Virus record (IMG/VR): IMGVR_UViG_3300009149_000014
Location: 32,001 to 96,000 of that record
Length of the DNA: 64,000 nt
From: a virus
Direction: 5' to 3' (one strand)
Positions 58,579-64,000 of the stretch are shown piece by piece; position 1 is the first letter of the stretch; each line of letters opens with the position of its first letter. The position numbers and the translations under genes are program-made. The notes below the pieces were generated by a model that saw only the letters and a program-made list of their open reading frames with translations, made no database searches and was not told the origin of the DNA.

Positions 58579-59288
58579 TGGTCGCGTTCAATCGTAACAC
58601 AATCGCCCAGACCGGAAAAATCCCGTCTGGGTGTACCATTATCCGCGATACCACATCAATGCGGGTAATCAAAAAAGAAAACGTAATCGTCGAAGGAATC
58701 GATGGTAGAGAAGAAAAAGCTCTACGTATCGAATCCCTACTGCAACGTGGCAACGCAGTAAACGAAAACACCCGCTACTACGACATGGACACCATCCTCA
58801 CTCCAGCCGTAGAACAAATCAAAGAAGACATCTTCAGCCGAACCGTAATGGGCGAATTCGATCACCCAGACTCCCTAAAAGTCAACCTTGATCGCGTCAG
58901 CCACCTAATGACCAACATCTGGGTAGACGGCAAAGAAGTCTACGGCACCGCCGAAATCCTACACCGTACTCCACACGGAGCCGCACTACGCGGCCTACTT
59001 GAGCACGATGTAAAAGTCGGAATCAGCTCACGTGGAGCAGGACAACTCTCCGAAACCACAGTTGAAGGCACTCCCATCATCCTAGTGAACGAAGGATTCC
59101 GCTTCATCACCTGGGACGTGGTAGCAAAACCAAGTGTATCAGACGCAATTCTACAAATTGCAGAAAGCTTGGAATACAAATTGAAACCAATCACACGGCA
59201 ATCGCCCAAATTGGTCAAACAAATTGGACGTCAAGCATACGAACGAATCCTCGTCAAAGAAATCAATCGATTCTTCGACCTTGATTGA
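58578..59288 (+). CDS. gp21: prohead protease
   Basis: NENTRYY, GEFDHPD, LDRVSH, TPHG, VGISSRGAG, TWDVVAKPS. Confidence 0.95.
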   Translation: MVAFNRNTIAQTGKIPSGCTIIRDTTSMRVIKKENVIVEGIDGREEKALRIESLLQRGNAVNENTRYYDMDTILTPAVEQIKEDIFSRTVMGEFDHPDSLKVNLDRVSHLMTNIWVDGKEVYGTAEILHRTPHGAALRGLLEHDVKVGISSRGAGQLSETTVEGTPIILVNEGFRFITWDVVAKPSVSDAILQIAESLEYKLKPITRQSPKLVKQIGRQAYERILVKEINRFFDLD

Positions 59289-59349
59289 AAATTACATAAG
59301 TAATCTTAAGCAAACACTATTATCAGAAGACAATCCGGGAGTTATCCAG

Positions 59350-60033
59350 ATGGCCCTTGACAAAATCAAATCCTTGCTCGCCAAATCAGGCGTTTCGAAA
59401 GAACTCGCCACCCAAATCGTTGAGTCGATGGAAGAGTATAAAGCTACCGTGGTAGCCGAATCTCAGCAAGAGCTGGCCGCGAAAGTCAAGGCAGCTAAAA
59501 CCGTAGTTCTCGAAGAAGTCGAATCGTACAAGACAGACTTGGCACGCCGAGTCCAATTGTTCTGCGAAAGCAAGAGTCAGACGATTGAACAGCAATTGAT
59601 GCGAAAATCCGCTGCAGGTGAAACTGAGGCAAAAGCCAAACTAACCAAAGTCTACGCCCTCCTAGAGGGAATCAACTTGAACGGCAAGCCAAACAGCCAA
59701 CTCACAGCACAGCTCGCAGATGCTAAAAATCAACTAGGTCGTCTGGGCAAACAGCTACAAGCCACCAAAGCCCAAGCTGAGCGTTCAGCACGCATCGCAG
59801 AGAGCGTCATGGAGAAGAATCAAAAACTCATCAAGGAGAACAAAAATCTCCAAGGTGGAAAACTGATTCAAGAAGGAAAGGACACCAAGGCAACCGCGAC
59901 CGAACCAGGAATCGTAGTACCTGCCCGCAAACGAGCAGTTACAGAACAAGTCGTTACCGAAAGTGCACTAGCACCCAAAACTAACAACACAACAACGAAC
60001 CCAATCGACGCAATTGCCGCTCGAATGAGATAA
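59350..60033 (+). CDS. prohead scaffold protein (gp22-like)
   Basis: Coiled-coil protein between protease and capsid; GGAG SD before ATG 59350. Confidence 0.75.
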   Translation: MALDKIKSLLAKSGVSKELATQIVESMEEYKATVVAESQQELAAKVKAAKTVVLEEVESYKTDLARRVQLFCESKSQTIEQQLMRKSAAGETEAKAKLTKVYALLEGINLNGKPNSQLTAQLADAKNQLGRLGKQLQATKAQAERSARIAESVMEKNQKLIKENKNLQGGKLIQEGKDTKATATEPGIVVPARKRAVTEQVVTESALAPKTNNTTTNPIDAIAARMR

Positions 60034-60094
60034 TCCAGTTATCTCAACACACGAAACCAAAACCTAAACAAACTGACTCTTAGAGGTAACAATA

Positions 60095-61645
60095 ATGTTA
60101 GCCACACCAAACCCAGCAGAACACAAAGACTACCGCGTCATCACCGAAGGAAGCCACAGCCTCGTTAAAAAGTGGGCTTCGGTCATCAAAAAGTGCCCCG
60201 AGATTCCAAAGCACCGCCTCCCAACCTTCGCTCGCGTACTGGACAACCAGTACAAGATCATGGAAGGCCGAGGCAACGGCAACGGTTTCGGACTCATCAC
60301 TGAAGATGTAACCACAACCAACAACCTGGCCGATTTCACCCGCTTCGCCCTCCCAATGATCCGCAAGAGCTACGCCAAGCTCATCAGCGACAACTTGGTC
60401 GGCGTACAGCCAATGAGCCAACCAGCCTCGTTGATCTTCTACATCCGATACCGCTACGCACTGACCAAGGGCCAAACACAAGCTGGCACCCAAATCATGC
60501 GTCAGAACACATCACAATCCTTCAGCCGCTACAACGGCTGGGCGATCGACCCATACTACTCCAGCCAGGAAGTTCGAGGTGAAGACCTCACCATCGGCGG
60601 TGGCAGCACAGTAGTAAGCGGAACCCTGGCACACCGTCCAGTTCTCGCAGGCTCAGTAATGGTCGAAGTCTTCAGCAACGCTGCAGACGCCAACCCACAA
60701 TGCGACGACGCCGTACCATGCTTGCGAATCACCTTCGACAGCAACGGCGACCCAGACGGTGTTGCAATCGGTGACTGCACCGACTTCACCACCGCAATCG
60801 CAGTCGACCTCATCACTCCAAACGCAACCGTCTTCGACCACACCAGTGGCCAAGTCACCGTTACTCTATCCTCTGGATCATTTCCAGTCGACGCAGTAGC
60901 CCGCGTTAACTACGAGTACGACCTCGAAGCCAACCCACTTCAGCCAGAAGTAACCTTGAGCATCGACAGCGACTCAGTTGCTGCCACAACTCGCCGATTG
61001 AAGACCAGCTGGTCCCTTGAAGCAGCTCAAGACATGAAGGCAGTCTACGACATGGACGCCGAAGACACCCTCCTCAACCTCATGGCTGACGAAGTAGTTG
61101 CCGAAGTCGACCGCGAAATCCTCAACGACCTCCTGGTCGCTGCAGCAATCCGATCGACCCACAACTTCGCAACCGCAGCCGGTGCCTCCGTCAACTTCAG
61201 CGACCGAAACTTGGCCCTCATGTACAAGGTTCTTGAGATGAGTAACATCATCCACCGAACCACACTACGTGGACCAGCCAACTGGATGGTCACCTCAGCT
61301 GACTTGAGCAGCAAGTTCGAGCAACTGAACGACTTCCGAGCATCCGACGCATTCGCCACCGAAGGCGTAAACCTCGGAATCCTCAACGTCGGACAACTCC
61401 AAAGCCGCATGAAGCTGTACAAAGACCCATTGTTCCCCAACTGTAAAATCCTCATGGGATTCAAGGGACCAACGGCTCTCGACACGGGGTACATCTACGC
61501 ACCATATGTACCACTTCTCTCCACTCCGACCGTCATGAATCCAGATTCCTTCGTCCCATCGAAGGGAGTGATGACTAGGTATGGCAAGAAGCTTTTGGAA
61601 GATGGTGGTCTCTTCTATGCTACCCTTAACGTGACAAATCTCTAA
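60095..61645 (+). CDS. gp23: major capsid protein
   Basis: KKW, VLDNQ, ALPMIRK, VGVQPMSQP..LIFY, TRRLKTSWSLEAAQD, EVDREI, GYIYAPYVPL, GVMTRYG. Confidence 0.97.
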   Translation: MLATPNPAEHKDYRVITEGSHSLVKKWASVIKKCPEIPKHRLPTFARVLDNQYKIMEGRGNGNGFGLITEDVTTTNNLADFTRFALPMIRKSYAKLISDNLVGVQPMSQPASLIFYIRYRYALTKGQTQAGTQIMRQNTSQSFSRYNGWAIDPYYSSQEVRGEDLTIGGGSTVVSGTLAHRPVLAGSVMVEVFSNAADANPQCDDAVPCLRITFDSNGDPDGVAIGDCTDFTTAIAVDLITPNATVFDHTSGQVTVTLSSGSFPVDAVARVNYEYDLEANPLQPEVTLSIDSDSVAATTRRLKTSWSLEAAQDMKAVYDMDAEDTLLNLMADEVVAEVDREILNDLLVAAAIRSTHNFATAAGASVNFSDRNLALMYKVLEMSNIIHRTTLRGPANWMVTSADLSSKFEQLNDFRASDAFATEGVNLGILNVGQLQSRMKLYKDPLFPNCKILMGFKGPTALDTGYIYAPYVPLLSTPTVMNPDSFVPSKGVMTRYGKKLLEDGGLFYATLNVTNL

Positions 61646-61679
61646 ACGAGATTAACCCGTTAAAACGAAAACGATACGA

Positions 61680-61710
61680 GAAAGCCCGGTTAACGCCGGG
61701 CTTTCTTTTT
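61680..61710 (+). terminator. intrinsic terminator after capsid gene
   Basis: GAAAGCCCGG / CCGGGCTTTC stem followed by TTTTT. Confidence 0.85.
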
Positions 61711-61745
61711 ATATATGCCATATTCATCTAATGTTATGTTTCTTG

Positions 61746-61805
61746 TTCTAAATATAACACATATCAAATCGCTCAAACATAATTTGATATGTGTTATATT
61801 TAGAA
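61746..61805. repeat. perfect 24-bp inverted repeat with 12-nt spacer
   Basis: TTCTAAATATAACACATATCAAAT (61746-61769) and its exact reverse complement (61782-61805). Confidence 0.92.
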
Positions 61806-61829
61806 ACAATAATCGCATGATGGAAAAAC

Positions 61830-63665
61830 ATGGCAAAATTCAATTTAACAATAGATCAATTAATATTAGAACTTGTATCAAAAACATCTGGCCAAATAGG
61901 TCGTGAATATGGTGTTAGTACAACAACCGTCACCAACAGAATCAAAAAGCTTGGCCTTGGTCATTTGATCACTAAGCAGAAAAAAGAGCTTGATGAAACG
62001 GCGGTGGTCGAAAGATATAAAAACGGCGAGTCGGCTCGTTCAATATCGATTGAATTGAAAGTTGACTATCGTACCATCAGAAGAATTCTTAAGAGCCACG
62101 AAGTCACTATTATTCATCCAGGTATACGTACCTATGTTCTTAATGAAAATGTGTTTGAGTGTATCGACACTCCAGAAAAAGCTTATTGGGTTGGGTTCTT
62201 ATTAGCTGATGGACATTTATCGTCAAAGTCTGGGATACAAATATCATTAGCAAAGTATGATGATATTTTACTCAAACGATTTGCATCATTTGTAGGATGT
62301 GATGATCCTAACTTGTGGTCAAGTCCACGACGTCACCCCAAAGCAATGTTTAATTTTCAATCAAAAAAGATGGGAAAGGATCTTAGAGATAAAGGATTTG
62401 ACGATTGGAAAGATGGAACAAGTCAAGTAATACTTGACAGTATCCCGGATTACTTATTCCATCATTTCGTTCGTGGATATTTTGACGGTGATGGTAGTAT
62501 ATCTTATCAACGTATTAGATTAAAGAGTGGTCTTAAAGGCCATAAAATGCATTGGACGGCATCGATTGTTTGTAAATTCGAAAACCACCTGCGAGCAATT
62601 GGGTCTAGACTTCCAATTGCTACATGGAAAGTTAAAGAACGAACTACTATTTTTACATTGTTGTTCAGCAATAAGTCCAATGTCAGATCTTTAGGAGAGT
62701 ATATCTATCAAGATGTTGAAGAATTGTTCCTTGATAGGAAAAAGGTCCGATTTGACATTTTGAATGATATGTATCCATTTTTTATGAAAACGATTCATGA
62801 TTTTTATATCCCTCGTGGTGTCGATCGTCTTTCTATAGTTGATCAATTTACAGAATGTCTCTTGAGAACTGGGTGGAAGACTAAGAGAGATTCGTTCACA
62901 CCATTGTTAGAAAAGACAATTGATTCTCTAGATGCTATTATAGATGACGAGTTGAAAATCGCTTCTAACAATCCTGATAATGCATTGTTTGAACATTGCC
63001 AACCTTGGATCAATTGGATTAAACTTGGGAATTCGACGCCAATAGCGGATTTTAGAACCAAACCGGGCAGGGTTAGAAGAGGCGTGCAGGCTTTCTTAGA
63101 AAGAGGATCTTTGAATCCTGAACGTCTTGTTAGAGAGATGAAATTTGTTGGTTTTTGTAGGGCGAGCTTGTTGAGTGCTGGTACCATTATCAGAGCAGTT
63201 AGACACTTTAAATTGTCAGGTTCATGGTTTGACCCATGTGCAGGGTGGGGGAATAGATTGTTAGCTGCTTATTATTTGAATATTCCATATTCAGCCTGTG
63301 ATCCAGGTATTTCTTTTTCTGGCCTTGAATATTTAAATGACAAATTAGACAATTTTGCCGATCTACAAAAATTGCCATGGCAAGAAGCAGCTTGGCAAAA
63401 GAGTGATTTTGTTTTGACTAGTCCGCCGTTTTATAATAAGGAAGACTATTTAGACGGCACTGAATATGGAAAGTTCGATGATTGGTGTGATGGTTTTTTG
63501 AAACCATTGACAGAGAAATCATTGAATCAATCTGAGAAAGTGTTGTTTCACACGGATGAACGGATGGCCGAATATCTAATGAAATTAGGCGGAGTACCGC
63601 ACCAATTGATTATTCCGAGCCGTTCTAAAAGTTCTAAAGAATTTTTTGTTTTGTTTGAAAGGTAA
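61830..63665 (+). CDS. HTH + LAGLIDADG homing endonuclease + DNA amino-methyltransferase-like fusion
   Basis: Two HTHs; AYWVGFLLADG and FVRGYFDGDG; FDPCAGWGNRL (SAM motif I) and TSPPFYNKEDY (motif IV). Confidence 0.82.
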   Translation: MAKFNLTIDQLILELVSKTSGQIGREYGVSTTTVTNRIKKLGLGHLITKQKKELDETAVVERYKNGESARSISIELKVDYRTIRRILKSHEVTIIHPGIRTYVLNENVFECIDTPEKAYWVGFLLADGHLSSKSGIQISLAKYDDILLKRFASFVGCDDPNLWSSPRRHPKAMFNFQSKKMGKDLRDKGFDDWKDGTSQVILDSIPDYLFHHFVRGYFDGDGSISYQRIRLKSGLKGHKMHWTASIVCKFENHLRAIGSRLPIATWKVKERTTIFTLLFSNKSNVRSLGEYIYQDVEELFLDRKKVRFDILNDMYPFFMKTIHDFYIPRGVDRLSIVDQFTECLLRTGWKTKRDSFTPLLEKTIDSLDAIIDDELKIASNNPDNALFEHCQPWINWIKLGNSTPIADFRTKPGRVRRGVQAFLERGSLNPERLVREMKFVGFCRASLLSAGTIIRAVRHFKLSGSWFDPCAGWGNRLLAAYYLNIPYSACDPGISFSGLEYLNDKLDNFADLQKLPWQEAAWQKSDFVLTSPPFYNKEDYLDGTEYGKFDDWCDGFLKPLTEKSLNQSEKVLFHTDERMAEYLMKLGGVPHQLIIPSRSKSSKEFFVLFER

Positions 63666-63931
63666 ATCTTGCGAAGCGGCATCATTCGAATGAGTCGATC
63701 CTTGGTTTCTTTGAATCTTTTGCTCGGGAGCGTTGTAAGAGAGTTGTAAATTCTTTGCCTTCTGGTGAGGGTGTGAGTAATAAGGCTTTTGGTCAAGTGA
63801 TCGTTGATAAATTGTGCGATGAGGTAGGAACTTAGCTGATTTTCTTTCATTGAATAACGAAGAGCCCGGTGAAGAGATTCGTCGGGCTCTTTTTGTGGGT
63901 GTGGAGAGACAAATATAGTGGGTTTGGTCAA
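63548..63931 (-). CDS. hypothetical protein (127 aa)
   Basis: TTG-start ORF; composition switch suggests minus-strand coding, but it overlaps the convergent gene by 118 nt. Confidence 0.4.
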   Translation of the reverse strand: MTKPTIFVSPHPQKEPDESLHRALRYSMKENQLSSYLIAQFINDHLTKSLITHTLTRRQRIYNSLTTLPSKRFKETKDRLIRMMPLRKIYLSNKTKNSLELLERLGIINWCGTPPNFIRYSAIRSSV

Positions 63932-64000
63932 TTTGTGTGGAGTTTATTATGAAACTTTCTTTTATCAGTGAGTCGGATCATGGTCCAGCTTATCATAATG

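Noticed and set aside
1-64000. Stop-codon reassignment (alternative genetic code)
   Set aside because: Core genes are intact in code 11 and use all three stops; read-through of TAG at 26105 or 13545 yields only short extensions.

Overview
A 64-kb segment of a large T4-like (myovirus-type) bacteriophage genome, densely coding in the standard code and almost entirely on the + strand. In order it contains: (i) endonuclease VII and small unknown genes; (ii) a glycan-modification cluster (four glycosyltransferase genes, a sulfotransferase-like gene, gmd) interrupted by a structured tRNA-like non-coding element and NAD-dependent DNA ligase; (iii) neck, sheath, three tube paralogs, tail chaperone, tape measure and baseplate genes, with an HNH endonuclease, a GNAT and a primase interspersed; (iv) class II ribonucleotide reductase, UvsW-like helicase and large terminase, each carrying an intein, plus a gp55-like sigma factor; (v) portal, a giant acidic core protein, prohead protease, scaffold and major capsid protein, followed by a LAGLIDADG-methyltransferase fusion. 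Most notable: a ~117-nt ncRNA in which an aberrant tRNA cloverleaf is grafted onto a three-way junction (9520-9640); an unannotated start-less gp51-like ORF reachable by a +1 frameshift at UUU_CGU (26069-26297); three divergent gene pairs whose start codons overlap or abut; and a small recurring domain linking the glycosyltransferase cluster to the tail module. All assignments come from motif recognition by eye, with no database searches run. Several start codons were moved downstream of the ORF track.
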